Made by a program: the position numbers and the translations under genes. The notes under the pieces are model-generated. The model was not told the DNA's origin. It did not search any database and worked only from the letters and a program-made list of their open reading frames with translations. 64,000 nucleotides of DNA from Escherichia coli (lineage in GTDB: Bacteria; Pseudomonadota; Gammaproteobacteria; Enterobacterales; Enterobacteriaceae). The stretch lies in NCBI RefSeq assembly GCF_048403405.1, contig NZ_CP183129.1; one strand, 5' to 3'. Positions 52,148-63,131 of this stretch are shown here, one piece after another (within the stretch, counting starts at the first letter, position 1; every line of letters begins with the position of its first letter).

Positions 52148-52786
52148 TTAGCCTCCCCAATGCCCACGGGCGCTGGAAGAACGACCATAGCCGCCGCGAG
52201 AAACGGTTGACGCTTTTTTGGTGGTAAAGCCGCCCGAAGAGTAAGACTCTTTTTTGCCAGAACCGGAGCGCCAGGAGTAATCACCAGAAGTGTTGCGCCA
52301 GACGGGGCGCGAAGCAAAAGAGGAACCGCCGCTGTTATACACAAACTGCTCGTCGCGATCTTTACGAATAACCCGGCTTAACAAAAATCCAGAAACAACC
52401 GGGATCCAACTCTGTTCAACGTTGTCGTAGTAACAATTTTCATACTTAGACTGACAATTCTGCTGAGTCATATTCTTCGGAACATCGGCATAAAACGCCG
52501 CTTTGGCGTTGTTCCAGCCATGAGCACAGATATCTGAATTATTACCGTCATCAATACAATCCTGCACAGTCGAGTAAAACGTTCCGTCGCCGTCGTTATC
52601 GACATCGCCATTATCGCCACAACCTTTCAATACGAAAAAAGCGGCACCGCCCATTAGCACCAACGTTAAGTATTTTTGTGCGTAGCGATTGCGGCGCGGC
52701 TCAAAAGGATTATGCGGTCTTCCAATGCGACTGATCGCTCCGTGACCAATTTTACTGTTATTTCTTGATTTGCGTTTTCTGGCCAT
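52148..52786 (-). CDS. yjfM: DUF1190 protein YjfM
   Basis: 212 aa; basic N-terminus, one hydrophobic segment, Gly/Ser-rich C-terminus. Confidence 0.85.
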   Translation of the reverse strand: MARKRKSRNNSKIGHGAISRIGRPHNPFEPRRNRYAQKYLTLVLMGGAAFFVLKGCGDNGDVDNDGDGTFYSTVQDCIDDGNNSDICAHGWNNAKAAFYADVPKNMTQQNCQSKYENCYYDNVEQSWIPVVSGFLLSRVIRKDRDEQFVYNSGGSSFASRPVWRNTSGDYSWRSGSGKKESYSSGGFTTKKASTVSRGGYGRSSSARGHWGG

Positions 52787-52795
52787 GATCGTCCA

Positions 52796-53194
52796 TTACC
52801 ATGTCATACAAGCTGCGTTAAAAATACCGCCAGCCAGTGCGGCGGTTCCCATAAACATTCCTGCTGCGGTATTGTGATTAATAATTTTTTCGCTTAATGC
52901 GGGCATATAAAGTCTGACGCCAGCAAAAACGAGTAACTGAATCACCAGTGCGATCCCGCCCCAGGCGAAATAGTCTGGAATACTCACCGCATTGATTGCC
53001 GCACTGGATAACGGGATCACGTAACCCAACAATGTACCGCTGAACGCCAGTGACGCCGCGGTATTATTGTTTTTGATTAACTGCCATTCGTTGTGCGGTG
53101 TAATTTTAGAATAGATAAACAGAAAAATAATCACCATAGCCACGCCAATAAAAAAATAGGCACTAAAGGCAAGAAGTGAATCCAGTATATGCAT
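52796..53194 (-). CDS. yjfL: DUF350 small inner membrane protein YjfL
   Basis: 132 aa from MHILDSLLAF (ATG 53192-53194); about four hydrophobic segments. Confidence 0.85.
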   Translation of the reverse strand: MHILDSLLAFSAYFFIGVAMVIIFLFIYSKITPHNEWQLIKNNNTAASLAFSGTLLGYVIPLSSAAINAVSIPDYFAWGGIALVIQLLVFAGVRLYMPALSEKIINHNTAAGMFMGTAALAGGIFNAACMTW

Positions 53195-53211
53195 TGTAAA
53201 CGTCCTTGTAA

Positions 53212-53871
53212 TTAACCAATAATATGAAGTGATGTCAGCGGGATATCGACACCCAACGCGCGCGAAAATAACCACTCTGGCTCGCCGAGATCGTTAAAAG
53301 ATTCCTCACCATTTAGCAGCAAATATTCGTAAGTATCTTCGGTTACTTGCCGTTGGTAGCCCATGGTAAAATTATGGACCTCCCATTTGGCATGGTTTTG
53401 ATTTTCTACTTTTTCCAGCATGTAGACGGGTTCGATATTTCCCGGTTCTTCGCTGTTAAAAAATCGCTGCCAGCGTTTTTCCTGCCAGTTTAAGGTCATT
53501 GCCCCTATCGCTTTGGCATTGATCGTCTCGCGCCAGTGACTCTCTTTACTAATACCGTAGCTCTCTTCATAGACAAAGAGCTTGATATCATCAATGTCAT
53601 CAATATTTTCGCCGCCGGTGGTATTGATTTGCAGAAATTCATCGCCCGAAGTGTAGTAGCGGAAAATCTGGCTACCGCCGCCCAGATCGATGCGGCTGAC
53701 GGCGGCTACCGTAAATTCCTCACCCGGCAGCGCAATCAGCAATTCATCTTCCAGCAAACGAAACGCTAACGTGTCGAGCGTAAAACCACTATTGAGATGC
53801 AGACCCAGCGGACCGCGAGCGATAGCAGGCTTATTATCCTTGCCAAACAGACGCTGGAAAAAACCAGACAT
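53212..53871 (-). CDS. yjfK: DUF2491 protein YjfK
   Basis: 219 aa. Confidence 0.85.
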   Translation of the reverse strand: MSGFFQRLFGKDNKPAIARGPLGLHLNSGFTLDTLAFRLLEDELLIALPGEEFTVAAVSRIDLGGGSQIFRYYTSGDEFLQINTTGGENIDDIDDIKLFVYEESYGISKESHWRETINAKAIGAMTLNWQEKRWQRFFNSEEPGNIEPVYMLEKVENQNHAKWEVHNFTMGYQRQVTEDTYEYLLLNGEESFNDLGEPEWLFSRALGVDIPLTSLHIIG

Positions 53872-53921
53872 ATTTTATCCTTAAAATAGTTGCCAGCCTT
53901 GCAGTGAGGCTGGCAAAAAAA

Positions 53922-54620
53922 TTACTCGCCCTGTTGGCGTTGCAGTCTTGCTAATACATCCTGGGCGCTACTTTTATTGCTACCGCCTATTCCGGCTTCC
54001 GCCAGCTTTTCATCAAGATCGCGACCGTCTGCGACTTTTTCCAACTGTGCAGCAGCATCCAGACGAGCCTGACGTTCGGCCTGACGCGTTTGCAGGCGTT
54101 TTAAGGATTCTGCCGCTGTCGAAACGCTGGAAGATGCGCCAACGGTAGAGGTCGTTACAGCCTGTTGTGCACGCTGCATGGCTTCAGTGGCTTTAACGAC
54201 TTCCATTTGCTGCTCAAACTGAGCGATACGCTGCGCTGTCGCTGTAACTGCTTTTTCCACGCCATCACGAGAGACTTCCAGATTCGACAACACTTGCTCT
54301 TCAGCGGTAATGAGATTCTCAAGGCGCGCGATTTCTTCAGCAACTTCGTTAATCAACGACGGATTAACGTTCTTGCTTAACGCTTCCAGCGCACGGGCTT
54401 CCAGACTGGCTTTGCGCTCACGTAAATCTTTCAGCTTATCGTGACTTAATTTCACCCGCGCCAGCAGATCAACGCGAGATTTTCCGGCTTTATCGAGTTC
54501 AGCTTTAGCGTCACGGATATGCTGTTCCAGCATGCGCACGCCCTGGGTTTCTTCAATGGATTCTTCCGCCTGGGAGATAAACGATTTCCCCAGCGTAAAT
54601 AAACTTTTTAAAATTCCCAT
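53922..54620 (-). CDS. yjfJ: PspA/IM30-family protein YjfJ
   Basis: 232 aa; long coiled-coil sequence typical of PspA/Vipp1-like proteins. Confidence 0.88.
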   Translation of the reverse strand: MGILKSLFTLGKSFISQAEESIEETQGVRMLEQHIRDAKAELDKAGKSRVDLLARVKLSHDKLKDLRERKASLEARALEALSKNVNPSLINEVAEEIARLENLITAEEQVLSNLEVSRDGVEKAVTATAQRIAQFEQQMEVVKATEAMQRAQQAVTTSTVGASSSVSTAAESLKRLQTRQAERQARLDAAAQLEKVADGRDLDEKLAEAGIGGSNKSSAQDVLARLQRQQGE

Positions 54621-54638
54621 AAATACCCGTCCTTGTAA

Positions 54639-55040
54639 TTAGAGTGAATATTCTTCTGTAATTTCAGCCAGATCCAATGCGTTATCTACCAGCGAGGTTA
54701 TCTCAAGCAGGATATCTTCAAGAGAAGATTTAAGCGATAACGCCCCGAAAACAATGTAATACTCTTCATGTTGCACGCTGGAGATCCCTACCGATGACAA
54801 CGGCATCATCTTCTGATTTCTTAATAAGAAGGTATTAAATTCATCTGGATTGCTGATACTACTTACCGGACAAATAAAGGTTTCGATAATCATTTGGCGG
54901 GAAGTAAATAGAATATTGATTTGCAAATCGCCATAATCATTCATTTTAATAATTAATGCGTTCTCGCCATTTGTTACATCAATATTTTGTTCAGGTACAG
55001 TTTGCAGCGCCGTCGCCAGCGCCAACGGATTCCATGTCAT
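54639..55040 (-). CDS. yjfI: DUF2170 protein YjfI
   Basis: 133 aa; first gene of the cluster. Confidence 0.85.
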   Translation of the reverse strand: MTWNPLALATALQTVPEQNIDVTNGENALIIKMNDYGDLQINILFTSRQMIIETFICPVSSISNPDEFNTFLLRNQKMMPLSSVGISSVQHEEYYIVFGALSLKSSLEDILLEITSLVDNALDLAEITEEYSL

Positions 55041-55119
55041 ATATTATTCCATATAAATTAAGTTTAAATATTAATAAAATGAATATTTGCAGTACGTAAT
55101 TATCTTACCAGCTATAGAC

Positions 55120-55151
55120 AAAAAAAAACCATCCAAATCTGGATGGTTTTT
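55120..55151. terminator. bidirectional rho-independent terminator downstream of rlmB
   Basis: A-run 55120-55128, ccatcca-aatc-tggatgg stem-loop, ttttt 55147-55151. Confidence 0.8.
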
Positions 55152-55166
55152 CATAATTCAGAGGAA

Positions 55167-55898
55167 CTAGCTGCGCTGTCGCACCGCTTCAAATAAGCAA
55201 ATCCCTGTCGCCACAGAAACGTTCAGCGAAGAAACACTTCCTGCCATTGGGATGCTGATCAACTCGTCGCAATGTTCACGGGTCAGGCGACGCATACCTT
55301 CACCTTCCGCGCCCATCACCAGCGCCAGGCGTCCGGTCATTTTGCTCTGATAGAGTGTATGATCTGCCTCGCCTGCCGTACCGACGATCCAGATATTCTC
55401 TTCCTGCAACATACGCATGGTGCGCGCCAGATTAGTCACCCGAATCAGCGGAACGCTTTCTGCCGCACCACAGGCCACTTTTTTCGCCGTGGCGTTGAGC
55501 TGTGCGGAGCGATCTTTCGGCACAATCACCGCATGAACACCAGCGGCGTCCGCGCTACGCAGGCACGCGCCGAGGTTGTGCGGATCGGTTACGCCGTCGA
55601 GGATCAGCAGGAACGGTTGATCGAGCGAAGCGATCAGATCCGGCAGATCGTTTTCCTGATACTGCCGTCCTGGCTTCACACGGGCGATAATGCCCTGATG
55701 CACGGCACCGTCGCTTTTCTCGTCGAGATACTGACGGTTCGCCAACTGGATAACCACGCCCTGGGACTCAAGGGCGTGAATCAGCGGTAACAGACGTTTA
55801 TCTTCACGGCCTTTTAAAATAAAGACTTCCTGAAAACGTTCAGGGGCGCGCTCCAGCAGGGCCTGCACTGCGTGGATGCCGTAAATCATTTCGCTCAT
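55167..55898 (-). CDS. rlmB: 23S rRNA (guanosine2251-2'-O)-methyltransferase
   Basis: 243 aa SpoU/TrmH family. Confidence 0.95.
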
Positions 55899-55922
55899 TA
55901 ATGTACTCGTTGTTTACGTTTT

Positions 55923-55951
55923 GCCGGGAGCGCCACGCTTGCCCGGCCTAC
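55923..55951. repeat. REP-like palindromic element
   Basis: gccgggagcgccacgcttgcccggcctac between rlmB and rnr; followed by the ccctcttc-tgtt-gaagaggg hairpin at 55963-55982. Confidence 0.7.
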
Positions 55952-55988
55952 GGATAATTCACCCTCTTCTGTTTGAAGAGGGTTATGA

Positions 55989-58430
55989 TCACTCTGCCAC
56001 TTTTTTCTTCGCCGCACGCTTCGCTTTGGTCGCTGCAGCTATTTTCTGCGTTTTCGCCGATGGCTTTTTCGCTTTTCTCGCGTCTTTCTTCGCCGCTTTC
56101 GGCTTCGTTTTTTTCTCGCCGCGGAAGGCGCTGTCTGGCTCAAAGTTTACCTTTTTACCGACCTGACGACGCTTGCCGCCTTTTTTACCTGCATCGCCTT
56201 TTTTCGCTTTCTCGCGCGCCGTTTTACCGACGTTGCGCGGTGCGCGTTCGCTGGAGATCAGGCTAAAGTCGATTTTGCGCTCGTCCATATTAACCGCTTC
56301 GACGCGAACTTCTACGCGATCGCCCAGGCGATAAGTCTGGCCACTGGATTCACCCATCAGGCGTTGCCCTACCTGGTCAAAGCGATAGTAGTCATTGTCC
56401 AGCGAAGAGACATGGACCAGACCATCAATGAACAAGTCGTCCAGACGGACAAAGAATCCAAAGCCAGCGACGCTGGAAATTACGCCTTTAAAGACGTTAC
56501 CTACCTGGTCGAGCATGAAGTCACACTTCAGCCAGTCAGCTACATCGCGTGTTGCTTCGTCGGCACGACGTTCCGCCATCGAACAGTGCTGACCCAGTTG
56601 CAGCATCTCTTCCATCGAATAATGGTAACCACCGGTTTCAGTGGTGTTGCCCTGATGCCCCTGCTCTTTCGCCAGCAGATACTTAATGGCGCGGTGCAGC
56701 GTCAGGTCAGGATAACGACGAATCGGCGAAGTAAAGTGCGCATAGGACTGCAATGCCAGGCCGAAGTGACCACGGTTTTCCGGATCGTAAATCGCCTGTT
56801 TCATCGAGCGCAGCAGCATGGTTTGCAGCATTTCTGCATCAGGACGATCGGCAACCGACTCCAGCAGCTCCGCGTAGTCACGCGGTTCCGGCTTGTTACC
56901 GCCCGGCAGTTCCAGCCCCAGCTCCGCCAGCACTGAACGGAAAGAGGTAATCGCTTCGGTGCTCGGCTTATCGTGAATACGGAACAGTGCCGGTTCTTTG
57001 GCTTTCTCAACGAAACGCGCCGCCGAGATATTCGCCAGAATCATGCACTCTTCAATTAATTTGTGTGCGTCGTTACGCTGGGTCTGTTCGATACGTTCAA
57101 TACGGCGTTCAGCGTTGAAAATGAACTTCGCTTCTTCGCTCTCAAATGAGATCCCACCGCGTTCTTCACGGGCTTTATCCAGCACTTTATAGAGGTTATG
57201 TAACTCTTCGAGATGCTTAACCAGCGGGGCGTACTGCTCGCGCAGATCCTGATCGCCCTGCAGAATATGCCAGACTTTGGTGTAGGTCAGACGTGCGTGA
57301 GAGCTCATTACCGCTTCATAGAATTTGTAGCCAGTCAGGCGGCCTTTCGACGAAACCGTCATCTCGCACACCATACACAGGCGGTCTACCTGCGGGTTGA
57401 GCGAACACAGACCGTTAGAGAGTACTTCCGGCAGCATCGGGATAACCTGCGAAGGGAAGTACACCGACGTACCACGGTTACGCGCTTCTCTGTCCAGCGG
57501 TGTTGGCGGACGCACATAGTAGCTGACGTCGGCAATCGCGACCCATAAACGCCAGCCGCCGCCGCGTTTTTTCTCGCAGTAAACTGCATCGTCAAAGTCA
57601 CGGGCGTCTTCGCCATCAATGGTGACCAGCGGTAAATCGCGCAGATCGACACGGCCCGCTTTTGCTTCTTCCGGCACTTCTTCTTTCAGCCCGGCAACCT
57701 GTTGCTCAACGGCCTGCGGCCAGATATACGGAATTTCATGGGTACGCAGAGCGATATCAACTGCCATGCCGGTGCCCATATTGTCGCCAAGTACTTCGAC
57801 GATTTTACCCACCGCTTTGGTACGGCGAGTCGGGCGTTGGGTCAGTTCAACCACCACCACAAAGCCCATCCGCGCGCCCATGATCTGATCGGGCGGGATT
57901 AAGATATCGAAGCTCAAACGACTGTCGTCAGGAACCACAAAGCCGACGCCCGCTTCGGTAAAGTAGCGACCAACAATCTGGCTGGTTTTTGGCACCAGTA
58001 CGCGGACAATACGCGCTTCACGACGACCTTTACGGTCAGCGCCCAGCGGCTGCGCCAGCACCTGATCGCCATGAATGCAGGTTTTCATCTGCTCGCTGGA
58101 GAGATACAAATCATCTTTACGCCCTTCAACCCGCAGAAAGCCGTAGCCATCACGGTGGCCAATAACGGTACCTTTCACCAGGTCGAGGCGTTCCGGCAGC
58201 GCATAGCACTGACGACGAGTGAAGACCAGTTGACCATCGCGCTCCATCGCGCGCAGGCGGCGACGCAGGCCTTCAAGCTGCTCTTCGCCTTCAATGTGCA
58301 GTTCTACCGCCAGCTCATCACGGCTGGCCGGTTTTTCACGTTTGGTTAAATGTTCGAGGATAAATTCCCGACTAGGGATGGGATTCGCGTATTTTTCAGC
58401 TTCGCGTTCCTGGAAAGGATCTTGTGACAT
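55989..58430 (-). CDS. rnr: ribonuclease R
   Basis: 813 aa from [10 protein letters not shown] (ATG 58428-58430); RNB and S1 domains, Lys-rich C-terminal tail. Confidence 0.95.
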   Translation of the reverse strand: MSQDPFQEREAEKYANPIPSREFILEHLTKREKPASRDELAVELHIEGEEQLEGLRRRLRAMERDGQLVFTRRQCYALPERLDLVKGTVIGHRDGYGFLRVEGRKDDLYLSSEQMKTCIHGDQVLAQPLGADRKGRREARIVRVLVPKTSQIVGRYFTEAGVGFVVPDDSRLSFDILIPPDQIMGARMGFVVVVELTQRPTRRTKAVGKIVEVLGDNMGTGMAVDIALRTHEIPYIWPQAVEQQVAGLKEEVPEEAKAGRVDLRDLPLVTIDGEDARDFDDAVYCEKKRGGGWRLWVAIADVSYYVRPPTPLDREARNRGTSVYFPSQVIPMLPEVLSNGLCSLNPQVDRLCMVCEMTVSSKGRLTGYKFYEAVMSSHARLTYTKVWHILQGDQDLREQYAPLVKHLEELHNLYKVLDKAREERGGISFESEEAKFIFNAERRIERIEQTQRNDAHKLIEECMILANISAARFVEKAKEPALFRIHDKPSTEAITSFRSVLAELGLELPGGNKPEPRDYAELLESVADRPDAEMLQTMLLRSMKQAIYDPENRGHFGLALQSYAHFTSPIRRYPDLTLHRAIKYLLAKEQGHQGNTTETGGYHYSMEEMLQLGQHCSMAERRADEATRDVADWLKCDFMLDQVGNVFKGVISSVAGFGFFVRLDDLFIDGLVHVSSLDNDYYRFDQVGQRLMGESSGQTYRLGDRVEVRVEAVNMDERKIDFSLISSERAPRNVGKTAREKAKKGDAGKKGGKRRQVGKKVNFEPDSAFRGEKKTKPKAAKKDARKAKKPSAKTQKIAAATKAKRAAKKKVAE

Positions 58431-58468
58431 CTCGGTTCCTCCGTTGTCATCTCTGATGAAGATTTTCG

Positions 58469-58894
58469 TCACTCCACCAGCAATAATTTATAAAGCGGTT
58501 GATTCTCTTCAACCAAATCGGCAAGCGTGTAGTTATCCAGTTCCGTAAGAAAACTTTGCACGGCCTTAGAAAGCGCCTGTTTCAACCGACAGGCAGGTGT
58601 AATGTGGCAAAACTCACTGCTGCAATTCACCAGCGATAAGGGCTCCAGCTCGCGCACCACATCACCAATACGTATCGCACTCGCCGGTTTACCCAGACGA
58701 ATGCCGCCATTTTTTCCACGAACAGCAGTCACGTAGCCGGCACGACTAAGTTGATTGATTATTTTGACCATATGATTACGGGAGACGCCGTAGACGTCAG
58801 TCACTTCAGAAATACTGGTCATCCGCCCTTCTGGCAATGACGCCATGTAGATCAGCGCACGTAATCCGTAATCAGTGAAACTCGTTAACTGCAC
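58469..58894 (-). CDS. nsrR: NO-sensing transcriptional repressor NsrR (Rrf2 family)
   Basis: 141 aa with GTG start; three-Cys cluster [12 protein letters not shown]. Confidence 0.93.
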
Positions 58895-59098
58895 ATCAAC
58901 CTCAAAAGGGAAATCGGGAAAAAATACATTTATATTGATGATAAACCAGCCACAAGCTGTGTCGCTAATTTATTTCAGTTCGGGGAAGGAAAAAAGCGAG
59001 GATTTAACACTGTGTCGGATAGCGTAATGGCTTACCCGACACAGCAATGTATCACACTGTTAGCCCGGCAGGCAAAATATCTGCCAGGCGTACCAGAA

Positions 59099-60400
<1,302 letters not shown>

Positions 60401-60500
60401 TCAAAATCACCGTTTGCTTAAAAATGGATTCTACCATCGCTTTTTCAGAGTTACAGCACTTTTTGCACTCAAAAATGACCTCGATCAGTCTGTTTTTTGT

Positions 60501-60698
60501 TCAGCCAATCGTTTTCCTCAACATGTAGTAGACCACAACGCCCGCAACCACAAGTCCACCGCCAAAACGACGTAAAATATTATCGGGCAAATTGGTCATC
60601 GCAGAGATCATCTTCTTCCATGCCTTCGGGTAAAGCATCGGCCCTAAACCTTCCAGCACCAAAACCAGGGCAAGCGCCAGCCAGATTGTCGAATTCAT
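60501..60698 (-). CDS. yjeT: small membrane protein YjeT (DUF2065)
   Basis: 65 aa with two hydrophobic segments. Confidence 0.85.
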   Translation of the reverse strand: MNSTIWLALALVLVLEGLGPMLYPKAWKKMISAMTNLPDNILRRFGGGLVVAGVVVYYMLRKTIG

Positions 60699-60721
60699 TC
60701 ATTATCCTTATAGAAAAAGAA

Positions 60722-60760
60722 AACCACCGACATCCCTGAGGATGCGGTGGCTTTATTGAC
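60722..60760 (-). terminator. terminator downstream of hflC
   Basis: ccaccgacatcc / ggatgcggtgg imperfect stem (60734-60760); the A-rich 60722-60733 gives a U-tract on the minus strand. Confidence 0.6.
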
Positions 60761-60779
60761 CTGTACCGCGGTCGTTATA

Positions 60780-61784
60780 TTAACGCGTTGCGGAAGTCGG
60801 CGTCTTCATGTAGCGGAAGAAATCGCTATCCGGGCTCATGACCATCACGTCCTGATTGCCAGAGAAGCTGTTCTCATAAGCACGCAGGCTACGGATGAAT
60901 GCGTAGAAGTCCGGATCTTTACTGAATGCATCAGCAAACAGTTTGGCTGCTTCTGCATCGCCTTCACCACGCATGATGCGGCCCTGACGCTCAGCTTCAG
61001 CCAACGTTCTGGTCACTTCATAGTCGGCAGTCGCGCGCAGTTTTTCCGCTTCTTCCTGACCTTGTGAACGGTGACGACGCGCTACCGCTTCACGCTCGGC
61101 GCGCATACGGTTGTAGATCGCTTCAGACACTTCGGTCGGCAGGTTGATCTGCTTAATTCGCACATCGACAACTTCAATACCCAGCGCCGCCATACTGTTC
61201 GGGTTGATGACCGGAACTTTGCCCTTCGTCTCAGCCGTTACGCGCTCTGCCGCTTCGGCAATGGCGTTATCTGCCGCCGGGGTAGTAACTTCATCTTCTG
61301 TACCCGCAGAACCGGAGTTCAGCGCGTCACGTACCTCGAGGGTCAAACGACCACGGGAATCGGTGACGATGTCTTTCACGTCCAGACGACCAATTTCAGA
61401 ACGCAGACGGTCAGAGAACTTACGTTTCAACAGCACTTCCGCTTGCGAAATGTCGCCACCGCCCGTTGCCAGATAGTAACGGCTGAAATCGCTGATGCGC
61501 CATTTGATGTAAGAGTCGACGATCAGGTCTTTCTTCTCTTTGGTCACAAAGCGGTCGGCCTGGTTGTCCATGGTCTGAATACGTGCGTCGAGCATTTTCA
61601 CCGTTTCAATGAACGGTATCTTGAAATGCAGACCCGGCTCATAAACCAGAGGTTTGTTGTCATCGTCACGCAGTACCTTACCAAAACGCAGCGTAATACC
61701 GCGCTCACCTTCTTTGACGACAAAGACAGACATGTAAAGCACTACCAGCACGATGATGATAATCGCGATAACTGACTTACGCAT
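60780..61784 (-). CDS. hflC: FtsH modulator HflC (SPFH/band-7 family)
   Basis: 334 aa. Confidence 0.96.
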   Translation of the reverse strand: MRKSVIAIIIIVLVVLYMSVFVVKEGERGITLRFGKVLRDDDNKPLVYEPGLHFKIPFIETVKMLDARIQTMDNQADRFVTKEKKDLIVDSYIKWRISDFSRYYLATGGGDISQAEVLLKRKFSDRLRSEIGRLDVKDIVTDSRGRLTLEVRDALNSGSAGTEDEVTTPAADNAIAEAAERVTAETKGKVPVINPNSMAALGIEVVDVRIKQINLPTEVSEAIYNRMRAEREAVARRHRSQGQEEAEKLRATADYEVTRTLAEAERQGRIMRGEGDAEAAKLFADAFSKDPDFYAFIRSLRAYENSFSGNQDVMVMSPDSDFFRYMKTPTSATR

Positions 61785-61786
61785 CG

Positions 61787-63046
61787 TTATTCCCCCTGAC
61801 GCTGGTAGTCGTTACGCTGCGCGTTGGCGCGGCGTTGGTCCATAATATCGCCCTGACTGGTGGACGACGTGTTGCTTGCTCCACTGGTTGTGGAGGAAGA
61901 GGCTGGCGGCAGACGCAGCAGATTGCTGGCACCGTTATCGCTCTTCGCCGCAGGGGCGTTACCACCTTTCAGCATCTGGTCTAACGGCAGAACCATCAGG
62001 TTGCCACCTTTATCGTTAACCAGCACTTTGCGGGTGTTGCCCAACACTTTTTCCATCGTCTCGATATACAGACGCTCGCGAGTAATTTCCGGCGCGGCTT
62101 TATATTCCGGCAGAAGTTTAGCAAAGCGCGCCACTTCACCCTGAGCTTCCAGGATGGTCTGGGCCTTGTACGCACGCGCCTCTTCGAGGATACGTTGCGC
62201 CTGACCGTTCGCACGCGGCTGAACTTCGTTGGTATACGCTTCTGCTTCACGAATATATTGCTGTTCGTTTTCACGCGCGGCAATCGCATCGTCAAACGCC
62301 GCTTTTACTTCTTCCGGCGGACGAGCTGCCTGGAAGTTGACGTCCAGCAGAGTGATACCCATATCATACGGACGAATCGTCTCTTCCAGTTCGCGCTGAG
62401 TATCGCTACGAATCACGGTACGACCTTCCGTCAGAATGCGGTCCATGGTGTATTTACCGATAACCCCACGCAGGGCGCTGTCGGTAGCCTGACGCAGACT
62501 GTCATCCGGGCTGGTTACGCTATACAGATATTTTTCCGGATTGGTGACGCGGTACTGCACGTTCATCTCAACGCGCACTACGTTCTCGTCCGACGTCAGC
62601 ATCACACCAGAAGCGGCCAGTTCACGCACGGCTTCCACGTTCACCGGTTTGACTTCGTCGATAAACGTCGGTTTCCAGTTCAGACCCGGCTCAACCAGAT
62701 GGCTGAATTTACCAAAGCGTGTTACCACGCCACGTTCGGCTTCTTTAATGGTATAGAAACCACTGGCCGCCCAGATAATGACAATCGCTGCCGCTGCGAT
62801 GGTAACGACACGACCGCCAAGCTGCGGGCGCGGGCCTTGCGATGAACTGCCACCGCCAGATCCGGTGCCTTTACCGCCGCCCAGACCACCGAGCTTTTTG
62901 CTCAGTTTGCGGAAGATATCATCTAAATCAGGTGGCCCTTGATCGCGACCGCCTTTGTTTCCATTTCCCTCAGAGTTGCCGCCAGGTTTGCTGCTTCCCC
63001 ACGGGTCGCGGTCTTGTCCGTTATTACCGGGCTGATTCCACGCCAT
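61787..63046 (-). CDS. hflK: FtsH modulator HflK (SPFH/band-7 family)
   Basis: 419 aa; Gly-rich N-terminal region. Confidence 0.96.
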   Translation of the reverse strand: MAWNQPGNNGQDRDPWGSSKPGGNSEGNGNKGGRDQGPPDLDDIFRKLSKKLGGLGGGKGTGSGGGSSSQGPRPQLGGRVVTIAAAAIVIIWAASGFYTIKEAERGVVTRFGKFSHLVEPGLNWKPTFIDEVKPVNVEAVRELAASGVMLTSDENVVRVEMNVQYRVTNPEKYLYSVTSPDDSLRQATDSALRGVIGKYTMDRILTEGRTVIRSDTQRELEETIRPYDMGITLLDVNFQAARPPEEVKAAFDDAIAARENEQQYIREAEAYTNEVQPRANGQAQRILEEARAYKAQTILEAQGEVARFAKLLPEYKAAPEITRERLYIETMEKVLGNTRKVLVNDKGGNLMVLPLDQMLKGGNAPAAKSDNGASNLLRLPPASSSTTSGASNTSSTSQGDIMDQRRANAQRNDYQRQGE

Positions 63047-63131
63047 GTTTGTGCTCCATATTTGTTATGCGGTGATCCCTGTTGTCTTTCGACGCCAGAG
63101 GATATGACTCCACGCTTCAGACGCTACGCCG

